NCBI RefSeq assembly: GCF_001194135.2
Contig: NC_068986.1
Span: forward strand, 56,767,788 to 56,831,787
Origin: Octopus bimaculoides
Lineage: Eukaryota
Length of the DNA stretch: 64,000 nt
Direction: 5' to 3'
This document shows, one piece after another, positions 27,591 to 40,565 of this stretch; the first letter of the stretch is position 1, and each line of letters begins with the position of its first letter. Both the position numbers and the translations under genes were made by a program. The notes under the pieces are model-generated. The model was not told the DNA's origin and made no database searches. It saw only the letters and a program-made list of their open reading frames with translations.

Positions 27591-28199
27591 TTTAGATGTT
27601 CATTCTGAGATGCAGTCGGTTGAATCAAACTATGAAGACAGTGCTCAATGAGTGAAATCAGTAAATAAATAAAATGAAATGCATTTTAACACTCAGAGAG
27701 ATGCCTTGTAACATGACTATCAATCATCTGAAGATAATACTAACAAAGTGAAGTTGCTTAGTCCCTTAAGCAACACAACCTGCTCTCTGTCTGTTGAAGC
27801 TTTTTTCAAATTTTGTTGGGTAACAAGACCTCAATGGGCGAATTGTCGCAGTCACTGCCATCGTTAATTATTGATGCATTTATAGCTATTAAAATTACTA
27901 GAGTGTTTTCTTTCAGTATAAGAAATTTTCAATATCAAGTGTCAAAGAAATTCTACTTTAAATCTACTTTATCAATATTTATGACTAAGTTCTGAAAATC
28001 TTACCTGAAACAATAAAAAGTAGCAAGAAAAGTATTTGAAGAAACGATTACACACACACACACACACATACATACATACATACATATATGCATATAAGTA
28101 CCTACATATTTATATGTATAAACCTTCGCTAACTCAAACCTTACCAACGATACCATACCATTCAGCAATTCGATCGATCTGCTCCGGAACGCAGTAATC

Positions 28200-29060
28200 A
28201 TATACTGAGAGGAATCAGCAAAGTTTGACGTTCAGATGAGTTCGGCGAAGACCAAGCTGATGCATATCGTCGATGGCCCGGACTCTCCCGCTGTCCATAT
28301 TAGCTTCGACGTCGTGAATTTTGTCAGCTTCTTCATATAGCTGGGCTCCACAGTCACCAACAATGGAGACACCTGACCCAGATCAACAGCATATGTGTTC
28401 TGGCCGCTGAAGGCATGTACTGTGTATGAAGACCGCTTTGGTGCCATTGCTTTATCTCCTGGAAGACGAAGCTCTGCATCTACAACGCGCCGGTTCTCTC
28501 CGTTCTCCTTTATAGAGCAGAAAAAGTGGTCCCTCACGAAGAACTTGGCGAAGAGGATCGAGGGCTTCAATAGCAGAGCCCTGAGAACCATTGAAAACAT
28601 AGAGAGTGTCATCGCGTTTCCAATAAATAACTGCGTGCGCGCACCGCATCCTCCCACCTCATAGCTATCCTTTTCTACTCTAGGCACACGGCCCGAATGT
28701 TTAGGGGGGGGGGGAGTCGATTAAATTGACCCCAGTTCGCAACTGGTACTTAATCTATCGACCCCGAAAAGATGAAAGGCAAAGTTGACCTCAGCGGAAT
28801 TTGAACTGAGAACGTAAAGACAGACGAAATACCGCTAAGCATCCACCACATTCGCTGGTACGCTCATATCCTCTCTGCCAAGGCCTTACTCTCCTTTGAC
28901 GCAGGAGCAGTGGGCTAGAAGTGGCTCCTGCCAGGATCCGCACCAGATGGCTGGACATCATTAAAGAAGATCTCCAGAGGTTCAACGTCATCTTTATGGA
29001 TGCAGAAGGGTTGACACAGGACCGCCTGCGATAGAAAGCACAATGACACTGCTGGGACCA
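28200..29060 (+). mobile_element. RTE-clade LINE RT/C-terminal remnant interrupted by a SINE
   Basis: Across frames: KTKLM..., FI*LGSTVTNNGD, ISWKTKLCIYNAPVLSVLLY...WSLTKNLAKRIEGFNSRALRTIENI; after the SINE, RTRWLDIIKEDLQR...LTQDRLR*. Confidence 0.9.
28671..28842 (-). mobile_element. Family A SINE (head-truncated) inserted in the RTE remnant
   Basis: ttttctactctaggcac...tatcgaccccgaaaagatgaaaggcaaag...accgctaagcat. Confidence 0.9.
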
Positions 29061-29841
29061 NNNNNNNNNNATATATATATATATATATATATATATAGGT
29101 TATATTTAAAATTAAAGTTTAGATAGGAGATGTTAATATGTAGTATCCAAACCTTGTTTAGGATATGTCCCTAGTAGTGTGCCTTGAGAGCACGTTCACC
29201 ACTCACAGCTACCACGGTACTGCACCTTCGTTGCAAGATCTACGTAATAAATTCCTCGGTGCACGCTTAGTATATTTCAAATGATTGATGGGGAAGACAG
29301 AATGTTCTGTAAGCTTTATTTAGTACGAATTAGATTTAAATTGCAGAATATTTATTCGTTAATCATAACTCCATGTGCATCCTTATGAGCAAGAGAAAAC
29401 TATGCTGGGTACTCAAGTATTAGACTAGATTTTCTTTGACCTGTATAGCTTAGCGATCCAACTGTAACTCTGTAGCTGTTGGTTGGTACTCACTTGGGAG
29501 ACAGCTCTTATCTCTCTTGTGTTAGTGTAATTCCATTCTGGTGTGAGATGCCTCGAAGTATTTTATACGAAATATTGTAATTTTAGTTCGTTATTCTTTG
29601 TTGCTACTGGTTGTTATTTATTAATTGTTATTCTTGGCCCTAGTTTCTGTCAAAAAATTCTTTGTAATATTTCCTCTGCAGAGGTCTATATTACCTTTAA
29701 TGGCCGATAGAATATAAAACTTGTCAAATACTGGAGCCGTTGGTTTGGACTACTTCCCTCCTACAAAATTTTCTGGTCTTATGCTTAAATGAGGAAATAT
29801 TGTTTCTGTTTTTGTTATTATATCCACAACTGTTAGTAGTG

Positions 29842-29907
<66 letters not shown>

Positions 29908-31899
29908 ACAGTTACTCCTTTCTTTGCTTTGAAATTATGAACATCTGTGAAGTGTTGTTTGACATCGAATAAACCAGATTTATATGATGGAATAAATATA
30001 CCCATAAATGCCTTGGTAAAATTGCAACTTAAATACGTTTCAATAATAATAAAAAGCAGCAATAGTGGTAGTAGTAGTTGTTGTAGTAATTGTTTCAAAT
30101 ATAGGCACGAACTAATAATATAACCAACACATAAAATGAAAGAGGTTAAAATCAAACTGACACATCTTTTCTAGCTATTTGCGATTCGAACATGTACCAT
30201 AACATTTGGGAGCAAGTTTGCTATGCAATTAATGTTGTGTAATTGTTACAAATTTGCTCTTTCCCTCCCTCTCTACAGATGTACATATATAGATACACAT
30301 ACATATGTATGTGCACACACATACACAGACACATGCACACACACATATACACACACACATGTATATATACATTTAGACATACGTACATGGGGCATGTAGT
30401 ATGAGTTTGTGTTTTGTCTGTGCTACTGTTCTTACATTCAGAATCTTCGGTAAACATACAGAAATTCACATAAAAACCGTCAGAAAAACGTAAGTGCTCA
30501 AATAAACATATATTAACACATTCACACTCTCTAATATACACGAAGCACGAACGCTGGCACGCGCGTGCGCGCGCGCACACATACACACACACACACAAAT
30601 GCACGCAAACATACATTCATACGAAGCAAAGGTTATGGCCCTTGTTTCTGTTGACAAACAACCAGCTCTTTGTCAGCTTGTCCCAGGAGACGTTAACACT
30701 TCTGTTTTTAGCTCTTAGCCACTTCCCTCTCTTCCTCTTTTTGTTTTCCTCCCTATAACCTATCACTGTAACACACAAATACACACACACTCTCTCTCTT
30801 ACTATTTCACTCTATTCTTCTATTTCACTCTATTCCACTTTTTTCACTCTATCTCTCGCTTGTTTGTTCCCTCTTAATTTCTGCATTGTCAACGTTATTT
30901 CAAATCATTTTGGCAAGACAATATGACCGAAGCAGATGGACGTTGTTTGTTGTTGGTACAGATGATACTTGTACTGCTGCTGAGAAGGATGATACTGATA
31001 TTCATGCTGTTGTTACTTCTGCTGTAGCTGCTTCTGATGGTGTTCATGCTGATTATATCTTGTTATTGTTTTGCTTTTATGTTGCAAATGTTTGCTCACC
31101 TTACTTCTCTACTAAACGTTTCACCTTCATATGATTTAAACCCACTAAAAGAAACATGTTTCCATCCTCGCAACTGTCCCACCCACCTCTTTGTTTGCAC
31201 GTCTTCCTCTAGCTCTCTTTCCGCTCTTTCGTCTATATTCGCCATTTACGTTTTGTTTTATTTGGGAACAGAGAGTGTTGAAACTGTAATGGACTGTTTA
31301 AACAGCGTGTACTTTGAACTTTGCCAGCAACATCAACAGCAACCGCTGTAAAATTAATAATTTACTCCATTCCCCCACAGACACACTCACACAAGCACTT
31401 AGGAGAAAGTCTTTACGCAATGACTTGACATACTTGAAAGAGCAACCAAATTTCCTTTCAGATCATTACCTACATACGGAAAGGACACGTGGAAAATGTA
31501 ATGCTGGACAAAGAAAAAAAATGGAATGTTTAAGGCTGGAAACATCTTTGATCCTAAATGTAGTCGATCATAGATGACCTTGGTTAAAAAGCCCCACCCT
31601 CAAGAAAAAGTAGCATCAATAACATACAATAGAGCTTCAACGAAGTTGTTCGATCTACTATAGATAGTAGTCAAATCTGTATCATATCTCACAGAAGTTC
31701 CTTCAAATTGGAAGGACAAATGGAATAGATAGCTACGTCTCAATAAAAAAGATGTGTTCGCTAATGGCCAGTTTCGGTCATACGTTTTCAAGATATAAAC
31801 TCACAGGGAACTAAGCAATAACAACTAGAACATTACATATAGAGATAGTGATAGATTATAACATTAAGGAGAAAACAAGGAAAAAGATAAAATAATAAC

Positions 31900-31950
<51 letters not shown>

Positions 31951-31960
31951 CAACAGCAGC

Positions 31961-31992
<32 letters not shown>

Positions 31993-32006
31993 AAGCAGCA
32001 GCAGCA

Positions 32007-32069
<63 letters not shown>

Positions 32070-32289
32070 ACGAGGTCATTCCCATCGATTTCGACGTATG
32101 AGTGTTTGAAAGAAAGGATTAAAAGAAGAAAGATTTAAAAGAGGACTGCGATGGATGCATGTATGTAATTTAAATCCGGGTATAGATTTTATTATGAAGT
32201 CACAATGAGGATTTTGGATTTGCCCTGGATTTGAGAAGAGAAATGAGAGAGAACATATCCAAACAAAGAGTACAAGTGAAGAAACAGGA

Positions 32290-32495
32290 AGATGCTAGAA
32301 ACAAAAACTTAAATAGAGGGAATATGATTAAAGCAATAGATACATGAGCTATGCCAGTGTTGAGATACTTTTATTCCCTCCCTAAAATGGATAAAGAGTG
32401 AAACTAGGAAACTGCTCACAATGCACAACGTACACCACCCTAAAAATATAATACAGAAAGATTCTGCCAGCAAAGAAAAGAAGGAAACAGACAAT
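32290..32495 (+). mobile_element. R4/Dong-like (restriction-like-endonuclease clade) LINE remnant
   Basis: KNLNRGNMIKAIDT*AMPVLRYF followed by ETRKLLTMHNVHHPK, matching LN..N.IKAINTWA.PV..Y and TRKLLT.....HPK. Confidence 0.75.
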
Positions 32496-32548
32496 TACTA
32501 AACGCATATACATACACACAAACACGCGCGCACACTCACACATATACA

Positions 32549-32609
<61 letters not shown>

Positions 32610-33596
32610 NNNNNNNNNNNNNNNNNNNNNNNNNNNNNNNNNNNNNNNNNNNNNNNNNNNNNNNNNNNNNNNNNNNNNNNNNNNNNNNNNNNNNNNNNNN
32701 NNNNNNNNNNNNNNNNNNNNNNNNNNNNNNNNNNNNNNNNNNNNNNNNNNNNNNNNNNNNNNNNNNNNNNNNNNNNNNNNNNNNNNNNNNNNNNNNNNNN
32801 NNNNNNNNNNNNNNNNNNNNNNNNNNNNNNNNNNNNNNNNNNNNNNNNNNNNNNNNNNNNNNNNNNNNNNNNNNNNNNNNNNNNNNNNNNNNNNNNNNNN
32901 NNNNNNNNNNNNNNNNNNNNNNNNNNNNNNNNNNNNNNNNNNNNNNNNNNNNNNNNNNNNNNNNNNNNNNNNNNNNNNNNNNNNNNNNNNNNNNNNNNNN
33001 NNNNNNNNNNNNNNNNNNNNNNNNNNNNNNNNNNNNNNNNNNNNNNNNNNNNNNNNNNNNNNNNNNNNNNNNNNNNNNNNNNNNNNNNNNNNNNNNNNNN
33101 NNNNNNNNNNNNNNNNNNNNNNNNNNNNNNNNNNNNNNNNNNNNNNNNNNNNNNNNNNNNNNNNNNNNNNNNNNNNNNNNNNNNNNNNNNNNNNNNNNNN
33201 NNNNNNNNNNNNNNNNNNNNNNNNNNNNNNNNNNNNNNNNNNNNNNNNNNNNNNNNNNNNNNNNNNNNNNNNNNNNNNNNNNNNNNNNNNNNNNNNNNNN
33301 NNNNNNNNNNNNNNNNNNNNNNNNNNNNNNNNNNNNNNNNNNNNNNNNNNNNNNNNNNNNNNNNNNNNNNNNNNNNNNNNNNNNNNNNNNNNNNNNNNNN
33401 NNNNNNNNNNNNNNNNNNNNNNNNNNNNNNNNNNNNNNNNNNNNNNNNNNNNNNNNNNNNNNNNNNNNNNNNNNNNNNNNNNNNNNNNNNNNNNNNNNNN
33501 NNNNNATATATATATATATATATATATATAAAGGGTAGCAAAACTATACAGAGTTATACAACCAGTGGCCTAGCATGTAACAAAGTCAATAGACAA

Positions 33597-34002
33597 CATA
33601 TTCCATATAAAGTATAAAAGAAATTACCCCTAACAGGTAACTTCTACACGCTAGAAGACAGTAAAAAACGACCGAAAACCACAAAATAAAATATTTCAAA
33701 GGGAAGGCAAAATGAAAACTTGGGAACATTGAAGACATGTGATTTTTGCCTTCTGTCTTGTAGCTATACGTTAATCCTTGACGGCTGGTTACTGAAGAGG
33801 ATTTGCCTAGTAAATTACTTTATTTACTAAAAAAATTCGAAACCTATAGGTCTAACCGTTAAAAGTAAGGTAAAAGTCTTTATTTTTGCTTCCCTTTGAA
33901 ATGTTTTAACATTTTTGTGGTTTTCGATCGTTTTTGACTGTCTTCTAGCGTGTAGAAGTTACCTGTTATGGGTAATTTCTCTTATACTTTATATGGAGTA
34001 TA
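33597..34002 (+). mobile_element. Fold-back unit with about 120-bp inverted arms enclosing a hammerhead (PLE-derived inferred)
   Basis: Arms about 33597-33720 and 33875-34002, including the perfect 28-mer caggtaacttctacacgctagaagacag / ctgtcttctagcgtgtagaagttacctg; microsatellite tracts nearby on both sides. Confidence 0.85.
33787..33857 (+). ncRNA. Type I hammerhead ribozyme with intact catalytic core
   Basis: GGTTA-CTGAAGA-GGATTT[...TAGTAAAT/ATTTACTA...]AAATTC-GAAA-CCTATAGG-T-C-TAACC; predicted cleavage after C33852 (GUC). Confidence 0.88.
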
Positions 34003-34058
34003 TGCATACATACATACATACATACATACATACATACATANNNNNNNNNNNNNNNNNN

Positions 34059-34095
<37 letters not shown>

Positions 34096-34466
34096 TACAT
34101 TCATACATATACATATATAAACATTGTATATGTAGTAAAAAACATGTAAGATACCTTCTTTCTCTATCTGAAATTAGAGTAACAAATAATTGTTGTTGTT
34201 GTTGTTGTCGTTGTTAAAATACCAAGCTCAACCCCGATCCAGCTTACATATGGCTCACGGATATAATGTTCTTGCTATACAAGGCTTAGTGAAGTACAGG
34301 ATTTCTGCATAAGCTAAATCAGCTATATCTTAGATATTCACGTTCCTCAAAGTAATTAAATGACAGGGGTTACTCCGAAGCTTCATATAGTTTAGGGCCT
34401 CTCTAAGTCTACTCTCAGCACTGACCCCGTTCTAATTTATGGCTTCGCTGATTGCACAGTTCTTAT

Positions 34467-34673
34467 TTCTTTATTGCCCACAAGAGGCTAAACATAGAGG
34501 AGACAAACAAGGACAGACAAACGGATTAAGTCGATTACATCGACCCCAGTGCCTAACGGGTACTTAATTTATCGACCCCGAAAGGATGAAAGGCAAACTC
34601 AGAACGTAGCGGCAGACGAGATACCGCTAAGCATTTCGCCCGGCGTGCTAACGTTTCTGCCAACTCGCCGCCT
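34467..34673 (-). mobile_element. Family A SINE with alternative 3' tail
   Basis: Head aaggcggcgagttggcagaaacgttagcacgccgggcg; tail ...tttgtctgtccttgtttgtctcctctatg differs from the other copies. Confidence 0.88.
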
Positions 34674-35326
34674 TCAGTTCGTCATTTAGTGACCCATGAT
34701 GAAACCATATTGGCATAAGTGCATCCGGAGTGATATAAAAAACAACACCAGAAATACACTGGGGTATGTTTGATATACTGCACAGATTTTCTTATATTGG
34801 CACAAAGATACAATTTGTACGTGAAGGAGATCTTTTATAAATGTTTGTCCTTGTTTCAATATAAACAAAATCACTTATATAAAATATGAAAACGTTATAA
34901 AGTTTTTCCCAACTAAATTCATGAAACCGACAGATACTGGCACAGCTCCACAGTAGCAAATCCATTGTTTCCCACCACAAAACACACTACAGAAAACAAG
35001 ATATTGAGAGGATATAGATGTACAGATGAAATGAATCAGAGATGTAATTGGCAATCGATATTTTCGATCACATCCTAATTTTCCTTTCTCTTTTCGTTTA
35101 GCGTCTCTCAATTTATATGAACGCTGTTGCTATGGAATGTTTAACCAACACACTCCATCAACAATTTCTATGTTGATAGTGCTGGGTGATTGAAGCAAGG
35201 AGTTCGACGACTCATGTGTGTATGAGTGTATGCATATATACATATATACGTATACGCTTGCACAAACACGAAGACACATATGTATGTATATATATATATA
35301 CACACACACACACATATATATATACA

Positions 35327-35360
<34 letters not shown>

Positions 35361-35591
35361 TACACACATGCATACATTTATACATACGTACATACATACA
35401 TACATACATACATACATAAATGCATGCTTATATACATGCATATGTATATGTGTGATGAGAGTTCGTGTGTGTGACTTTCATGATTTAAATGAATGCATGC
35501 TACAGTGAAAGAGATGCTGTATATCAGAAAAAGGGAACGAGAGACTGAGACATAGAAAAACTGTGTAGTGATAGAATGGATAGAAGCAAGT

Positions 35592-35652
<61 letters not shown>

Positions 35653-36399
35653 AGAGAGAGAGAGAGAGAGAGAGAGAGGTAAAGAAAGAGAAAAAGACAG
35701 AGAGAAAGAAAGAGAGAGAGACTGAAAGTGAGAGAGAAAAAGGAGAGTCTGTAATGGAATAAGAGAGGCAAAGTAAAAATATGGTGGAAAAGAAGGTATA
35801 AAATATCTATAGAAGAGGCTAAAATAAATGAGAATAATGAGAAGGGCGATGGGAGGAGTTGGTGGCGTTGAAGAAGATGGTATGAATAATAGTAGTGATA
35901 GTTGTAGTGGTAATATTATTATCAATAGTAGTAATAGTAGCTGAAGGAGTAGTAGTAAAATAACAAAATCAAGAACATGAACAAGAAAATGATGATTGAG
36001 ATCAAGAAGATAAAAAGGAAAAAAGAAGGTGATGGTATAAGAGGAGGAAGATATTAAAATAAGGAGTAAAACACACATAACCAGAGTACATTGATATAAA
36101 CCATAGAGAATATAGTTATTAAAGAGTAAAGAGTAACATTTCTTGCGAATAAAGATGACAACGACGACGATTATGATGGTAGTGGTATTGTTGGTGGTGA
36201 TAGGGGTATTAAGGGTCAGGAGAAAATAGAAGAAAGGTATATAGAGGTAAGTAATGTGAGGAAGATGGCGATGGTGATTTAGGTTATGATTATCAAAATG
36301 AAATTAATTGTAATTATATTTTACTAGATTTAACTATTCATGTATAGCCATTTCTCAATGGTAATAATAATAATAATAATAATAACAATAATGCCTCAA

Positions 36400-36570
36400 G
36401 GTCGTAGATTTTGTAAGTGTGTATAGGCAATTAAACTGGTATTTTTTGTTTATCTACACCAGAAAGATGAAAGCCGAAATTGTTCACAGAGTGGTTTGAA
36501 CCCACAACGTTAAGAGGCGGAAGAAAGAGCGCAAGATATTTTGTCTCTCACTCTAACGATTCCGCCAATC
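36400..36570 (-). mobile_element. Family A SINE, degenerate
   Basis: aactggtattt...ccagaaagatgaaag...ggtttgaaccc...ctctaacgattccgcca. Confidence 0.65.
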
Positions 36571-36578
36571 CCTCACTC

Positions 36579-36708
<130 letters not shown>

Positions 36709-37201
36709 CGCAACAACAATAATAGCAATAAGGAAGTTGAAAAGAATGGTATAAAAGGTAATATATATTATTTCCATTAAGTATATAAGCACCCTTACGT
36801 AAACACCCATACGCATACATCGGTCCATCTACCCGTTTATCCAACCAGTCAACCATCCATCCGTACACACGAACACACACCTAATATAATTATACACACA
36901 CATACATATACACACAGCCACAGATGTATGAGACCTATATACGTCAGGGTGTGTACAAAAGACGAGAAAAAAACACACCAAAAAGACCCAAAGTAATTTA
37001 AACATGGGTTCCAATTGGTTGCAGGTTTGCTCGCTTTTGTTGGCAGATTTCTTGTATTCATTGTTGTTGTAGCAGCTCGTTGTGTTTATTTGCTTGTTTT
37101 AATGGTGTATATTGAAATAAATGAAACCATTTGGTGCGGATAGTAATGGTTGAATATATATGTGTAGTTAATTTGCGTATTTTGTGTGTGTGCGCGCGAG
37201 C

Positions 37202-37245
<44 letters not shown>

Positions 37246-37322
37246 GTGTGTGTGTGTATATATACATATACGTATACATACATATAAATGCATATGTATA
37301 TATGAATATATGTCAACGCACA

Positions 37323-37357
<35 letters not shown>

Positions 37358-38796
37358 TTTGTGTGTCATGAGACAGCGAAAGAGAGAGAGAGAGAGAAAG
37401 AGATTCATAGGTGAGCCGAAGTATTTATCTTTTCTTCTTTGAAACAACATGTTATTCAAACTAGAAACGCATATCACCAAACATTATATTTCCAAAATGC
37501 TGCCAAATCTATCCTAGACAACTCACCGTATCTTCTCTCACCCACCTTCGTCGACATTGACTCCGTCCTTACATAAATACTAATGTATTTTGATATCTGT
37601 TCCGTGACCTTTTTTGCATCAATATTAAAACATGCCTTAGTAGTAGTAAAGCTGTTGTTTTTGTTTGCTTCGTTTTATTTTTTATTTATTGCAATGAGAT
37701 TGGTTGGTCCACGTTATATAATAAATTGACGGTCGTTTAGCTTAGCCAATTGCGATTACATGAAATAAAAAGAAGCATAAAACATGTATGAAATTCAACA
37801 ACGAAAACAATCATAAGAAATACAACAGCAACGGTAATAAGAATAATAAAAATAATAATATTAATGGTTTCTTTTATTATCATAAGGGCAACGGAGGCGA
37901 GGACATTACAAGGACAAATTACGAAAACAAGGAAAAAAGGAAAAAAAAAAAAACAGTAGAGAAGTGGTGAAGTTCGCGTGTGGAAATCAGACCTGAAAAA
38001 TAATAATAAAAATGATATGCAAATAGAAACCACCATCGAAGCCTTTGCTATAACGTGTTCAGTTATTGTGTGATGCAATATAAATTTCTTTCAACTAACG
38101 TGTAACGTGTAACACCATTACAATTGTGAGGGATAATTACAATAAACGAAATAAAAAAGAAAAGAAAAAGAAAACGAAAAACGAAATTCATTTGATTCCA
38201 TTTAAATTGAACTTGTATCGATGCAATATTGAGGGACATAATTAATACGTTCAGTGACCGTCGAGTGGGTAACACACAACTTTCGCAGTTTATTCACTGT
38301 ATCGCAAAGTATTTTCTCATATTCCTGAACAGGAAAGACACTTAAGTTTCATTACTCGGGTTTACTCTTCAGTAGAATATATTTCTGATTGTTTACGGAA
38401 AGTTAACTCACCTCATACTGGTATGCTCTCCAATGATATATTTTACTTTCCTAATTTTACAGAACGAAGATATGAAAACAAAATGACAACAACAACAACA
38501 ACGACGACGACGACGACGACGACGTCGATGACGTCGATGATGATGACGACGATACTTTCAAAATTACATTCAAATGTCATGAAAGTTTTATGAAAGCATG
38601 TGGATGTACAATGTTATATAAAAATGATGGGGAGAAACAAAGACATTATACAGTACTTTGAGAATTATTAAATAATTTAATTACTCAAAATAATTGAATT
38701 GATACCTACTGATATGTGTGTGCGTGCGTGTGTGTGTACGAGCAATATAAGTATCAATGTATACATATATTTATATATATGCATGTGTATATGTAA

Positions 38797-38884
<88 letters not shown>

Positions 38885-39535
38885 ACACACATTTATATAT
38901 ATATATATGTATGTATGAATATATTTATATGTGTGTATATGCATGTATGTATGTGTGAGTGTGTGAGTGTGTGTGAGTATAAATACAGACATACGTTTCG
39001 TATAGTCAAAAGTGATCTCTAAGTGCTGGGTATCATTTTTTTCTTCGAGTCGAGGGTTCACAGAGTTTAACAGTTTATTGTTGGACATACAAAGCGCTGT
39101 AAATTTCGTGACTTCGTACATCCGATGCCCGAGCCTTTTGTTTAGGTACATTTATATGTGTTTGAGGAAGGAAGAATTCTTTTTCCCTTCTTTTTCTTCC
39201 TTTTGCAAAGAGCTTGCTACACTATTTCGTTCTCGATGCTCACTTTATTGTCGCAAGATGTTTCAGTCGTACTGCTAGTTGTCAGTAGAGAAACCCATAA
39301 TCGTTGGCTTTTAGAACTGATTTCTTTTCTCATCTATGGATCTGACACCGGAGTTATGATTTATAAAACTTGAGAAGCAGAAGCTCTTAGTACCGTCTCA
39401 TGTTGTTGCTGGCTGTCTCTGCTCCTGTCCAAGGCATTCCCTTTTCCTCTGTGCTACAATTTATTTAACTGTGCTGCGTTTTGTTACAATGCTGCTTTGA
39501 GAACAGACTTAATGATAATATATACTATATACCGT

Positions 39536-39875
39536 GAAGGCGCGTGGCTTAGTGGTAAGGGTATTCGACTCACTATAGTGGGGTCGTGAGTTCAATTCCC
39601 GACAACACATTGTCTCGTTCAGCAAAATACTTTATTTTACATTGTTCTAGTCCACTCAGCCGGCAAAAATGAGTAGTACTTGTATTTCAAAGGGCCAGTC
39701 TTGTCACAATCTGTGTCATGCTGAATCTCTCTGAGAATTACGTTAAGGGTACACGTGTCTGTGGAGTGCGCAGTGGAGTCTGTGGAGTCACTTGCACGTT
39801 AATTTCACGAGCAGGTAGTTTCATTGATCGGATCAACTGGAACCCTCGTCGTCATAATCGACGGAGTGCCAGTTA
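39536..39875 (+). mobile_element. tRNA-derived SINE family C
   Basis: gaaggcgcgtggcttagtggtaagg (A-box), gagttcaattccc (B-box), then CORE-like ...tagtccactcagc and a distinct body. Confidence 0.85.
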
Positions 39876-40139
39876 TACTATAAACCAAATATTTCTCCCA
39901 TTAGTCTTACCGGAATGCTTATACTACAAGACCCTTAATATAAACAGTTTGAAAGTTTATAAAGTGATGCCACTAATTATGCTGCTCCATTACAAAAATA
40001 AATAGTAAGAAATTTATTAGTACAAATATTGAAATCATCCCTCCATATAATCGTTCCCATTGCAATTGAATTTACACTTCCCTTTGTACTATAAATGTGT
40101 TCTATATTTGTAAGTCTTTGGTATAGAAATGGATCAAAC

Positions 40140-40565
40140 TTCCTTACCAAGATATAGCTTCATAAGGCCAGTTTTCTGCCTCCTGTAGTGTATATATTCC
40201 CCGCCAAGACAGGACGCTGATCCGTCGCAGGAATACTCATGTTTGCCAGTTGAGTGTACTTGAGTAGCGTGAAATGAAGTTTTGTTCAAGAGCACAACGC
40301 ATCGCTCGGTATAGGAATCGAAACTACAAGNNNNNNNNNNNNNNNNNNNNNNNNNNNNNNNNNNNNNNNNNNNNNNNNNNNNNNNNNNNNNNNNNNNNNN
40401 NNNNNNNNNNNNNNNNNNNNNNNNNNNNNNNNNNNNNNNNNNNNNNNNNNNNNNNNNNNNNNNNNNNNNAGTTTTGTTCAAGAGCACAACGCATCGCTCG
40501 GTATAGGAATCGAAACTACAAGCTTACGATCATAAGTGCAACACGCTAAACATTAAGCCACTCAC
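40140..40565 (-). mobile_element. tRNA/CORE-type SINE spanning an assembly gap
   Basis: Reverse head gtggcttaatgtttagcgtgttgcac...gtttcgattcc...tgtgctcttgaacaaaacttcatttcac; the gap-flanking duplication is probably an artefact. Confidence 0.7.

Noticed and set aside
29890-30040. Minus-strand stretch ETYLSCNFTKAFMGIFIPSYKSGLFDVKQHFTDVHNFK
   Set aside because: No recognisable family and no convincing splice sites
38330-38380. Minus-strand CTGAAGA...GAAA-CTTAAGT-GTC
   Set aside because: It has a palindromic stem III but no stem I or II pairing; if real it would weaken the strand-bias finding
39536-39605. tRNA gene
   Set aside because: A and B boxes are present but there is no complete cloverleaf, and it runs into a SINE body
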